DNA of 53,176 bases, filler included, from Sphacelaria rigidula (Eukaryota): assembly GCA_964200075.2 (NCBI GenBank). It is 3 parts of 3 records of this genome, joined end to end, with 100 filler letters (N's around TTAATTAATTAA, not from the genome) between each part and the next. Parts side by side here need not be neighbours in the genome. Positions count along the whole stretch, not along the records: positions 1 to 17,661 come from CAXNAA020001018.1; positions 17,762 to 35,421 come from CAXNAA020001019.1; 1 more part is not named here. One strand, written 5' to 3'. The translations under genes and the position numbers were made by a program. A model generated the notes under the pieces. It made no database searches. It was not told the DNA's origin and was given only the letters and a program-made list of their open reading frames with translations. Shown here piece by piece: positions 12,621 through 24,500 of the stretch. The stretch's first letter is position 1; every line of letters begins with the position of its first letter.

Positions 12621-12762
12621 CACTCCCTGGATGATAAATGGTTATTTTGTCAAAAATGTCCCGAGTACGGCATGAAAATCTATTGTCTGTTGCAAGAGGC
12701 GCAGAAGTTGATACTATCCGCAGTACACTTTTTGACTTGTGTATTCTATTGTCCAGGGTATG
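12621..12762. mobile_element. MITE family A copy
   Basis: cactccctgg...tattgtccagggtatg; flanks gtgatgtc/gcgatgtc (7/8). Confidence 0.7.
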
Positions 12763-15354
12763 GCGATGTCTTTCTGCCTGTTCCTATTTTTTTGTGTGTT
12801 GTGCGTTCGTGGTGTTTGCCGAGCAGAGCATCAATCAAGGTGGATATAACGAGTGTTGTGTGCTTGTGTGCGTTTTGATGCCGCAGTAACGAAGGGGGTT
12901 TGCGTTCTACACAGTGAATCTCGCTTTCTTTTCCCCCCCTCTTATTATTTGTAACTTTTTCAGCTCTGTTTCTTTCAATTCTTGGAGAAGGAAAGCCCGG
13001 GAATATATATGTACAGCGTCCCGGTGTGCTCTGAGGGGACTCTCATGTTGAGTGTTGGTTGCGATGTGTGCTGTATGCTGTGCGTCTGTGGCATCGTGAG
13101 TGGCGTTGCGATCAAGTGATGTGGTGACGAGTGCGTTGTGTTTTTCATGTTCGATGTTTTTTTCTTTTCTTGTTGCTTTGTGCAATTCTCTTGCGTTTTG
13201 GAATGAAAGGAGTGGGCGACTAGTCCATGTTTTGTGTGTCGGGATACGTTGGGGGTTCAAGAAGGGAAACTGTTGGGAGTGCCACCCGGATATATCATTT
13301 CCGGGGGGAGGTGGGCGGCGAGGGGTGATGCACTTCTCGTCGGCTCTATCCTGACCCCTTCATACTAGTGCAAAGGAAGGTCAATCTCCGAACGGTACAG
13401 CGGAGGGAGGGGGGGAGGGAATCTAGTTTATAGTCTTCAGCGAAGGAAGATCTGTTGGTTCATATCCGGAAGTCTGTTCGACAACCGTCTCCCATCACGG
13501 GATGGGTCATTCATGGTAAGCACTTTTCTCGGGGGTCATCGAAGGGGCACAACAATGGTGAGACGATCTTGGCTGGATTGACATGAGTCTTCTTTTTTGT
13601 TGTTGCAGGGATTGTTCTTCCCCTTCGCCCGCTGCTCTTACGAATGTAAAGTGATTGCTGCAGAGTCATCATGGTGGGAGTCATGGAATGTATCATTTTC
13701 GCAGTACATGCGGTGGCAGCAGATTTCTCCGCATAATGTGCATGTACGATATTTTTACAGTCGAAAAAAGATACCAAGTATCGTTTACTATGGTGCAGTG
13801 AAGTTTAGGGGAGCTTCGTCTTGACTGAGTCGCGTTCCCGTTTAGCGAGTGTGGGTCGTGTATGGAGTTTTCTTGTTTTTGTCTCTATGTTGGCGTCGTT
13901 GTTGCCGCCGTCGTTATTGTTGCCTGTGGTTCGTGTTACTTAGTCCGAGGGCATGTTGTTGCTTCCGCGTCTGAAGAAACAGCAAAAACGAACGTGTGAT
14001 GACTTTTTTTTTTCTCTCTTCTTCACGTGTTTGGTTTGAGACGGCAAGCAACTGCCTACCATGTGTTTCTTGATCATTAGTGTGTGTCATTGACCGTAGC
14101 GGTAGCTTAGAGAGGGCTGGGTGTTGAGGGGAGGGAGGCGGGGGGGGGGGGGGGACACGGGGAGAGTATGTTGAACATGCATACTGCAACACGTACTACG
14201 CTTTGAATGCTTTTTTTTTTCTGTTCAATATTTGCTCGGGGCTCACACCATTGTTGGGAGGTCCAAGCAACGTTGTTAGATCGAGTAGTCCATCGTTTGT
14301 GTCGAAGGCAGAATTTAGCATACATGAAGATATGGCGTCCTCCTCCGGGGCTCTTGATGTCATGGCGCGTTTTTGTTTTTTGGCACAGGAGGCTGACATG
14401 TCAAGGAGGGTGGTCCCGGGCGTGATTGGCGGTGGTGTTGGTAGTAGCACCATTCAACACCCGTGCTTGTGATTCTCAGGTTGCTGTCGAAGTATGTGTG
14501 GTTGATGTGAATCCTTGGTTGCATTCGTGGTGGCGTTGTCCGGCTGATCTCGTTGGCACTTGGTCGATGCCCCTTGACTGTTGTTGCGGGATGTCGAGAA
14601 AAGTAAAATTTTGTGTGTTTCGGATGTTTCTTGGCACTTTCTCAAAAGTGCTTCGAAAGTGCTTCCATGATCCACGATAATATTTTGTTTTGTTTTACGA
14701 CGAAATCCGTTCGATTTGGTTGCTGGATGACGTGGGTCCGATGAGGGGGGCCACAAAGCAGGCGAACTCGCAAGAAAAAAAGGCGTGCGTTGGTAGCTGG
14801 TTGAGCCTAGGCAAGTTTGCACAAGGACGGAAGTGACGCTGCTAGTGTACATCAGCATTGTGATTTCATTCATGTATCTCTCTTATCATCTAGGACGAGG
14901 GATAAAATGCGAGCGGCGAACGCTGAACTCAAGTATAGCGGCGGTCCAGTGTAACCCCTCGCGCGAGGGTCTACGTGGAATTAGGGTAGATGCAAAGATC
15001 TTGGTGTAAGGTACCGTTGCAGTACCCTACACGTGAGAACACCAATCCCCCAGTACCGGGCAATAGGGTATCATGTTATTGGCGGGGGGTATGCATGAGT
15101 GTCCCGCTTCATTGGATTATGGGCAATACGGTTGCTCAAGTCAATGTGCCAAAACAAGGCAGGCACGATCAAGGGGAGCTCATGATTCACATCTCCCTTG
15201 TGGACACTCGAAGATTTGGAAAGAGTATGGGGTACAGGAGGGGGGAAACATTTATCTGCGTACATGACGTGGCGACGCGGATGCAACTTTTGAGCAAGCA
15301 TACGAACGCTTCTGCTCATGACGGAGGACAACAGAGGTGATTTCGTGAGTGGCA

Positions 15355-15475
15355 GGGAAGGGAGGGGGGGGGGGGGGGGGGGGGCTCTCGGTGGGGGTGG
15401 ATTTTGGGGAGGGGGGGGGGGGGGGGGGGGGGGGTGGGGGGGGGGGGGGGGGTGTGGGGGTAGGGGGCCGTGGGA

Positions 15476-15506
<31 letters not shown>
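15355..15506 (+). repeat. Interrupted poly-G tract (~150 bp)
   Basis: Several long G runs separated by short spacers. Confidence 0.95.
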
Positions 15507-17661
15507 AGCGAAACATCGAGCTTCATGTGGTGAAAGGTCACGTTCTATACGCTTCCTGTGTAGGCGTTGCATGTCGTGTAGTGTGTCTGTCGTGCAGTGA
15601 TGTTTGCTGAAAAGTTGAGTAGGGGACGGGCGTATTTGTGGTGGGCGTGGTGCTCTTTCATGGCCTTCCATATTGATGTGTGGTGTGGGTACACCGAAAA
15701 AACACGTTTCGGATGGAAATGCCTGCCTTAGTGAGATGGAGCACGGGAGCCAACATATCATTAGGTTATGTGTGGGTTATTTGGTTGTGTAAGCCCCAAC
15801 AGAAAGCCAGGTGCTCTGGGTGTTTTCGCGAAGTTTGTTTGTGTGGGAAATTCCACTCTAATTTTACCTATGCGTTATGCTTTCCTGTTGCTAGCAATGC
15901 TGTCCGTGTTGCGCGTGTTGTGGTACTTGTCGCAAAACGTGAAAATTGATGGGTGTTAAAAGAGGTGTCTCGTGGGCCTGGATCAAATTTCTTGTGCTCG
16001 AAGTGCATCAGAGGTCCAACGCAAGAGTGAGTGCGTAATAGATATCTATACGGACAGTTTTATTTTGTTTTCGCTAGTAGCATGTTTTACGAGACGGAAG
16101 GAGAATGATGTGTTGTAATGCAGCACTCGGAAGTGCTTGACATCACCTCGTTTCGTCTTCTTGAAACTAGATTATACATGCATGCGCGTTGTACCGGGTG
16201 TCATTTTTTTCCCTGTAATTTGCTGCGTTGAAACGGAGGGAAACGATCATCCGTGTGTTAACGGTTGCGGTTCCGCGTTTTTTTTTTTGCCATCAAACGG
16301 AAGGCTGGTGGAAAATTTGACCATGATTTCGCGAAGGTTTGAATATTGTCTGATTTGGTGTGACTGTAGTAGGTGTGCCTTCTCGTGTTCTCATAAGGAC
16401 CGGAATTAATCTTTCGAGGGTATTGATGAGGAAACTTGAAGGAGAGTGCATGTGCGCTGTATGTATGTTTTCTATCAGGATAAGAATTTATAAATCATCT
16501 TCCTTTTCCAGATTTTCAGGAAGGAAAATGTCTCGCACTTTCTCTCTCTTCCATCACCCTGTTTTGACTTGGAGAAATCGACGGAAAGAAGACGGATTCC
16601 GACCGGAAACTTGAAGACCCCAAATCCAAAGGGCCTTTGGCGATACTAACCCTTATTTCGTCGAAAATGACTGTTGAAAATTCCACATTATTGCCACTTC
16701 GGGGCATTCAAGCCATGTTGTAAAAAATCACGACCCGGAAATCTCAGCTACGCTATCGAGTTGGGGGTGGGAAAAACTTGAGCTACCGAGCCGGGCCCTG
16801 TCAAGCTTCGTAAACGCCAGATGACGGGTGATGCTGAAAAATGGGCATGAGATTTTCCCATGGGAACACATCGCACATGATATTGAACCTTACACTCATC
16901 AGCGGTTGACTTGAAGACACGTTTGATGAGCACTATTAATAGGTTCAATATCATAAACAATGTCGACCTCCTCGAGAATGGGGTTTAACACCACCGCATT
17001 CAACCTACATTTGGGTTTTTGATTTTTGACGTTTAGGCCGAATTAGAGCGCAAAACGAGCGTAATTTCGGGTAGATTATTTCTGCAAGCTATGAGCAAGT
17101 GTGGCTAGGTGTCATGAGGTGGGGAGGCGATTGCAGCATCGCCTCCCCATACCCGTAGATTACGTGGTTTGTGCAGATTAAGGGTTTTCACAAGGTTTTT
17201 AGTACAATAATAGTCAACGAGATCTTGAAGATCTCGGGTCTGACTAGTAGGCACGTCAGGGAGAGGTCCCCCAGCCCCGAGAAGCGCTAACCCCTCGGCT
17301 GCAAGTTGAGGCCCGACCTAAATGGGCTGTGCCCTCGCCCACCTTGCTCGCTATCCTGAGCTGGGACATTCTTCTGCATCAATCGCTACTTGGCATTTAT
17401 TGAACACGAGTCAGAGCTACGAGCGCGAATAATCAAGCTAAGATAAACAAGTGGGAACAACAGCTTCCTATCTGATCAATACGCACGTATACCTAACGCG
17501 TGAACTGAAAAATGTGTCGGACACTTATTATTGTTGATCAGCCCATTATCTGATATAATTGGGGATTGCTGTACGTGCCGGTACATGAGAGAAACAGTGT
17601 TTTCGTGAGATTGAGAGTAGATGATACGATTGAGAGTGGCTTTGATCATTGGCTTTAAGTG

Positions 17662-17761
17662 NNNNNNNNNNNNNNNNNNNNNNNNNNNNNNNNNNNNNNN
17701 NNNNNTTAATTAATTAANNNNNNNNNNNNNNNNNNNNNNNNNNNNNNNNNNNNNNNNNNNN
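17662..17761. other. Assembly gap with artificial TTAATTAATTAA spacer
   Basis: N-run with ttaattaattaa at 17706-17717; identical layout at 35422-35521. Confidence 0.95.
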
Positions 17762-17789
17762 TGGTTACACCCCCCCCCCCCCTGAAACC

Positions 17790-17865
17790 CTGCTCCGTCT
17801 CGAAAGGGATGCGTGGTCAATGGTCAAACGACTAAGGCAAGCAACAAATGAGTACGCCCCCCCCT
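17790..17865 (+). mobile_element. 5'-truncated LINE 3' end inserted in a C-tract
   Basis: Matches 29612-29690 (aagggatgcgtggtcaatgg..gagtacgcccc); direct repeat ccccctgaaacc at 17778-17789 and 17866-17877. Confidence 0.75.
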
Positions 17866-18094
17866 CCCCCTGAAACCAGCTCAAAAGTGTCACGCAAAAA
17901 ATGGACATACAGCGCGTGATATTTGGGCTCAGGCTGCATGAAGCGCCTCATATGGACGATATTGGCGAGAACGAACCCAAGCGTGGAAATGCCCAGCTGC
18001 TCGTTGTGCTCGGCGTTTTCAACTTCGACTTACGTAAAGATTTTTCCTCCCCAAACTAGGCACTTTTCGGAGCGGGGCTATCGTAAAAAGAGTC
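17866..18094. mobile_element. MITE family B (~240 bp) copy
   Basis: caggctgcatgaagcgcctcatat...cagctgctcgttgtgctcggc shared with 19155-19395 and, inverted, 30649-30891. Confidence 0.8.
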
Positions 18095-18290
18095 GAGTAT
18101 AGAGTATCACTTGAGTATGACCTCAATACTCCACTCAAATTTTGAGTAGATTAAGTATGATCTCAAATACTCTGCTGAAACATTTGCTAGATTGAGTACG
18201 ACCTCAAGTACTCTACTCAAAATTTGAGTACTAAATATATGACTCTTCGAATATACTGAGAATTGAGTATACTCTACTCGACCTGCCCTT
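18092..18290. repeat. Small TIR element with three ~40-bp internal tandem units
   Basis: gtcgagtatagagtat / atactctactcgac ends; ttgagtatgacctcaa..tactc..ctcaaa unit x3 (18111-18230). Confidence 0.7.
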
Positions 18291-18585
18291 GCAAGTGTCA
18301 CATGCATAGTAGAAACCATCATCACCAGCTCTCCCTACGTAACTTCGGGATGGCAACAAGAGAGTAATGAGCAGTCCTGCCAAAATAGACCCACTTTGGT
18401 TTTCAGTCCAAAGCGCTGCTCTGCCGCCGTTACATTCGAGCTGTGGGAGTTCGGAAATATAATTTCTCAGCGGAGCCACCACAAAGGTTGCCATTATGTC
18501 GGTGTAATACTACTGCTGAAGCGATATGATTTTAAGACGACATAACTGGCTTGAAGCTCTATGCTTACACCCCGTCCCAGAACAG

Positions 18586-21500
18586 GGCACGGAACACTTT
18601 GAGCACATGATCACGAAACGATGGGACTTGCGAATTTACCTGTTCTGGTTGACGCTCAAAAGACAGTTTTTTACCCTGAATGTAAGCAGTCTCACTCAAT
18701 ACAGCGTAGTAGGCAAAGCACCCGGGGTTGCGTGACTACCGCTGTTTTGCGTGGCGTTTCGGACCTTGCCCTGTGTTCGCAGGCTGGAGGTGTTGCAGGC
18801 GCAGCGGCATCTCTTGACACGCGAAGGGTTGCCCCCTGGAATCTGTCAATTGGACGGTCGAATAGAGGTGCGAAGAAATTGGGGTCTCCCAGTGAGGCAA
18901 AAATCTGCAGCGGGCATACTATTGACTACCGGTAGCACGTCGGTCCGATGACAAGAGATCTCTCATCACAATGGGTGCCCGCGTAAGCGTGTTTTTAAGT
19001 TCTCCTGCAGACTGCTCATGGCAAGTATCATGTGGTTGCGCGGGTAGTATAGTCGTTCTGCCAAGAGTTCTATTTGGTAAGACGACGCACGTCTTCTCCC
19101 ATGGGATCCATACACACAGCATCGTCAGTAATGAAATTGTATGACTTGTCTCGAGTCGTTCTACGATAGCCCCGCCAAAAAACGTCCGCCAGAAACTGTC
19201 ACGAAGAAAACGATCATACAGCGCCTGATGTTTGGTTTCAGGCTGCACGAAGGGCCTCATATGGGCGACATTTGCGAAAACAGACCCAAGCGTTGGAATC
19301 CCCAGCTGCTCGTTGTGCTCGGCTTTTCCTTTTCGATTTACATGTAGATTTTGCCTCCCCAAATCAGCCACTTTTAGGGGGGGGGCGATCGTAGACTCCC
19401 TCGTTTGGTTGACATTTCGACTCATGCTGAAACTCTGAAACGTACCCGTTTTCGGTAGAAATTGCGAGCCAGAATCCGAACAGATCGCGAGGAGAAGGAG
19501 GAAACCCTGCTGCAGCGAAAGCTTGCCGGCCTTAGGGTGAGGATCTTATTCTTTGCACACAGACTAAGCGTAGTTGAGTCAATAATTCCAGCACCTAGGT
19601 GCAGTGTGACCATTCTTCTCATGAATTTCATCGACTGGCCCGTTTTGTACTCTGCGGCTGGTGCTGAGCTCTTCCGTGAACCTAAATGCTTGAAAATGCG
19701 CCAAACGTAGTACTTGCGTCTGAGCTGCCTCATGATGTGTGGGCCCGACCAGGTTGGTCCTCAATTGATCAGTGTCACCTGAACCGTGTGTGAAGCCGGG
19801 CTGCGCAGTGGCATCAGCTCATTAAATGCAAGCAGTTTCTTAAGAAAGCGCCAATAACCAAGGCAATAATCCTCGCGTCAGGTTGATCTCCACGTACGTG
19901 TTTGTTCGGCTTTGAGGGGCTAGGGTTTGTTGGGCGTGTGCAGTTGCGACGTGAAGGGTTTTCCACACATTTTGTTATCATGGAAGCCATGAAACAAATA
20001 CAACAGACCTTCGAGTAGCCTCGAGTGCCGTGAAAAGCCTCGCGTCAAGGGTAAAGGGAGTCAATGGTTGTGTCGTAGCTTTCCGCCGGCGATTGGCTAG
20101 TGTAGTGGATAAAAACTAGACGAGTCGGGCTACCACGTATTCTCTGCTATGTCTGGTCCATTTATGCTCAACACCTTAGACCTGGTCGTAAACGGGTATG
20201 GTAGAGATCACTGTTCTTCAGATATGAACGTTACACGTTGTAGATGATGTTGAAGCAGTGTTATACGGTTTTATGCGTATTTTGAACTGGTTCCGAAGGC
20301 TGACTGGCGAGCATGATGATACTAGCACCATTATACACTTGAACTTTGTGGTACATACTGCATGCCGGTTTGCGTTAACGGTACTTGCCCCATATTTGGA
20401 GGACAGTCCAACCATCAAATGAGGGAATTCGCTGCGATCAAGGAATGCACTGAGGATCGAGTCTTGTTACAGAAACAAATGGACCAGGAGATGGAAGACA
20501 TGGTTGCAACGCAGGAGAGCGAGGTTTTCGAGCTGATGGAAGAGGTGTGACCCTTATCTGTTGCCCTGGAGAAGGGGAAGTATCATGAAAATTTCTGAAA
20601 AAAGCGGTGGATTACGTCTGTGGAATCTCAGGAGGAAAACCGGAATAAAACACCAGTCAGCTGATATGTGACGGGACCAGATTCGCCAATTACTGTTCAG
20701 TATTACCAATCCTATTTTTTTACCCCCACGATGTTTTCGCTTACCACATGTGCTAGAATCGTTTTTCAGAAGCAATGGTAGCGTTCGTACGGTCTGAATA
20801 CAAGCCATGCTCCATAGGTTTCCCCAAGCAAGAATCACCAGCCGGCTCTACCTGAGACCACAAGTATTTTCAGGGAAGGTTAGTTGCTGTTGTTCCTCAC
20901 ATCAGCCCTTTTCGAGATATTGAGTGCCCGTGGTGAAGAAGCAATAGTACCAAAGAGCACAAGAAGAAAAATAAATGATACACCCACGAGCATGAAAGCA
21001 CGGCGCCCCGAAGGGCGGGGTTGTACGAACGCGGCATCGAAACGATTATATACACAATAATGAACATCGATTCGAAAGAGCGCACGCAAGGAAGATGAAA
21101 TCTTTGGCCACGTGGTTCGCGGGCCGTAAGAGCCCAGGAAGCCAAAATAGTGAAACTAAACAGGTCGGCACACCGAACAAGTCAGGGCAGGACGAGACAA
21201 GGCAGGACGACGCGGCACGGGCCAAGAGACGACAGGATTCAAAGTATGAGCCTACAAAAGGGAAAAACAAAGAACAAAGTAGAACAGAGGAGCACAATAC
21301 AGGAATAAACAAGTCGAAAGAAAACTGATCAAACAAAGTCAAACCCAGACCAACCAAAACAAAACGAAACAAAATCATGAAGACAAGACAAGAGAAAAAG
21401 AAGGAACTAAGAAGGACAAGGGTTCATATACCAGGAAATGAATTGATGTCGTCATTACACCACGAGTGGGGATAACAGAGGCGGTGATATCGTCAGTCGG

Positions 21501-24500
21501 TCATGAATCTCGCTACCCGTTCTATCTCCTCCATCTTTGGCTCTCCTCCGGCAGTGGTGCAGTGGGGTTCCCTGCTTTCCGAACTTTTCATTTTTTTCAT
21601 CTCGTCCCCTTCGGCGTTTCGCTTCCGTTGTTTGTCTTCTTCATTTCCCGCCCTCTCCAAACGTCACTTCGCCGACGCTTCCCGTTCTCGTCGGTGCCAT
21701 TTCGCCATGAACCGTACCACCCCCTTCTCCACCTTGCCGTGTCATTCGTCCACTTCTTTTGTGCTATTTCTACTCCTCCTCCCCCCTCCCTCTCTTCTTT
21801 CATATCGAAGAACTCAAGGTCCTCTTGTAGGTAATGTATCCAGCTGTGCTCGTGCCCCCTCTGTACCCCGTTCTCCCCTCCAAGGTTCCAAGCATGACGC
21901 CGTTCAGAAGTCCGCCGTCTCCCATGCGCACGGCGAATCTTGTGAAGACTAGTCCCCGTTCGCGCACCGTGGCCTGGATGATGTCGGTATAGTCGGCCTT
22001 CAAGAAGGACTTCGGCGTAGGACAGAGAGCAGTTTGTGCAAGTCCTCTTGTTTTAACGGATGAAACGCGTGAGGAAATGGCGGTGGACCCCATTGAGCTT
22101 GGTGTAGCGTTTGAATCTAAGGTTTCGCGTCGTGCACCCGTACAGAGGGTTCTCGACCTCTTCGGCTTGGAGCTGTCGTACTTTGAGTCGGAGGGGGAGC
22201 TCCGAAAGGTCGTATATCGGTTGGTAATTCCGCTCACAGCACTCCCAATCTCGGTACAGACGGTTTGCCATCTCCTTGTTCATTCTCCCGTCCTCGCGTA
22301 CGTCTCTCCGAGGTACACAAGCGTACTAGTTTGCGTGTATTTCTGGCTGCCGGCGTTGACACTAAATGGGCACCCCTCCATCCCTTTCGGCAGCGAGCAC
22401 GTGATATCCGTCTTCGGCTCCAACATCATTAGTCGGAAAGACCGGAAACCCACACGATGGTCAACATCATCTCCTCGGGGCGGCGATCGCGAAACGATAT
22501 CCGCATCATGGGCATACGGTATGCCCCACAGCGTCTACGCGGCTTCCGTCATCATGATCTCTTTTTCCCTTGCCTCTCTCTCGATCTTCACCATGTACGC
22601 CGTCAACTTGCGTCTGTGGCGAGCTTGTCTGCTGATACCGTGAGCATTGCGACGAACAAAAGATTGAACAACAGCGGAGCCAGGTTGCACTCCTGTGGGA
22701 GTCCCGGGGCACGTTGAAACAGTCAGAGCACGTCCCACCGCCCAATTCACACGCACGCTCTCATGCTGTCGTGAAACTGGCGAATGATCGCCAGCATCTT
22801 GGGGGGCACGCCGAATCGTTTGAGCACGGCCCGCTGCAGCTCTCGATCGGTGGAGTTGTATGCCTTGGTGACATCGATGAAGCACGCGTAGAGCGGGGCG
22901 CTCTTCCTCCGCGGCTCGTTCGGTCGCCGAATCACAAACGTCACGACGTAAGTCGAGCGGGCTGGACGGAAGCCGCTTTACTCCTCCGGGAGGATGCCCT
23001 CGCGCTCGAAGTACTTGCCCAAGCGTGTGGCGACGAGCTAGAGTAGCATTTGGCGTGTGCCATGACGAAGATGCCCCGGCAGTCGCCACACTCCGTGGCG
23101 TCCTTTTTCTTGAACAGTACCTTCATGTTGACGTGCTTCCAATGCGGTGGCACTTCTACAGTCTGTGACATGATGATGATAATGTGAAATCGCCAGAGAA
23201 GGGCTTGGTTTCTATCGAGGAATACTCTGATGAGCTCCGCCGGAACGTTGTCGGGCCCTGCTGCTTTTCTGTTGGTCATCCCCCGTATCGCTCCCTCGTC
23301 CTTGAAGCTGGATGGTGTATCGTCGAGCGGCACATACTTGGGCAGCTGCTTGACCTGCTTGGTCATCCGCTGGTTGAGGGTTGGCGACTCGATATTCAGG
23401 ATTTTGTGGAACCGCCTGCCCCACCGCCTGAGGATGAGCGCGGGGCACCGTAACAGCTTGCCCGCCACGTCCTCAATATTCGGCGAGGCTATAGACCGTT
23501 TTTCTCCACGTCAACACCCTTCATGTGCTGGTGAAAGCCGGCAATATCTCCTTTACGGCTTCTCTTCTCGAGCTTCGTCGCATACTCCTCGAAGAACTCA
23601 CACACGGTCCTGTCTCTCAGTCGTTTGAGCTCTTCCGCCGCTGTGTTGAGTTCCCTTCGGAGAGCTGTGTCCGTTGGGGCACCGCGACGTTGTCGTCGGG
23701 TCGAATTCCTCATCTTCCACGCCTCGTGAGTCTCGCGCTTCACTCCCTCGCTCGCACACCTGCCCTTCGGTCCTCGTTTGCACTTCGTCCGGGGGCGGTC
23801 TCATCGATTGCAGACAACACAAGGGTTAGGGTTAGGGTAAGCTAACACGCCTTAGTGAACGCGGCTCAAGATACGATAGTTTCACGTTCCACTCGTTTAC
23901 TCTACTCATGATATGTTTACTATGTTTAGGCACTTTGAAGCCGTGTTGCAGTGCAACAAAGGACGATACTGGGTTTTCGTTTTTAAAATATCGGGTACGA
24001 TTTAGCCTTTTTTGTAATGCAGGCAAACTTTAGACGAGTGTCTACCGTGCTTCAGTAACGCTCATCTCAATACATTGTCTAGTTGCAAAAACGTGTTACA
24101 TGGTTGAGTAACGGGTATCTATCGCGGTGGTCGTTTTCTGTTCAGGCCAGCAAACGAGCGGCTAACCAGGTGGCAGCGTGCAAATGCACGAAGGAATACC
24201 TCTGTCAGCACAACAGAAGAGCGTTTATCCAGACCAGGAAAAGGACCAAGGAGGTGAAATTCGAATATTAGCGCACTGGGATTCACGTACGTTTATGTGT
24301 ATGATGAGCCCCTCATTTTGGGATATGTATTGCACACCCTGGACGATAGATTGCATTGGCAAAAAGTGTACTGCGTGCAGCATCGAATATTGCGTATATT
24401 GTATCATACGTAATATTCGATACTGTAGGTAGTACATTTCTGCCAATATCAAAGACCTTCTGACGGTTGGATCGTGGGTTCTAATCTCGGTGAAGTCACA

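Noticed and set aside
15071..15761. Poly-Pro / poly-Gly ORFs (extensin- or formin-like)
   Set aside because: They are translations of the poly-G tract in all frames, with no splice or domain support.
11088..17660. Many 60-140 aa ORFs downstream of PGM2
   Set aside because: TG-rich UTR/intergenic composition, mostly non-ATG starts, no motifs and no in-phase exon chain.
17706..17717. Palindromic TTAATTAATTAA inside N runs (also 35466-35477)
   Set aside because: Identical six-frame-stop spacer centred in 100-nt gaps; a scaffolding artefact, not biology. Adjacency across these gaps is not guaranteed.
18111..18230. CRISPR-like regularly spaced repeats (also 2297-2552)
   Set aside because: Units are tandem and degenerate with no unique spacers and no cas genes, in a eukaryotic context.
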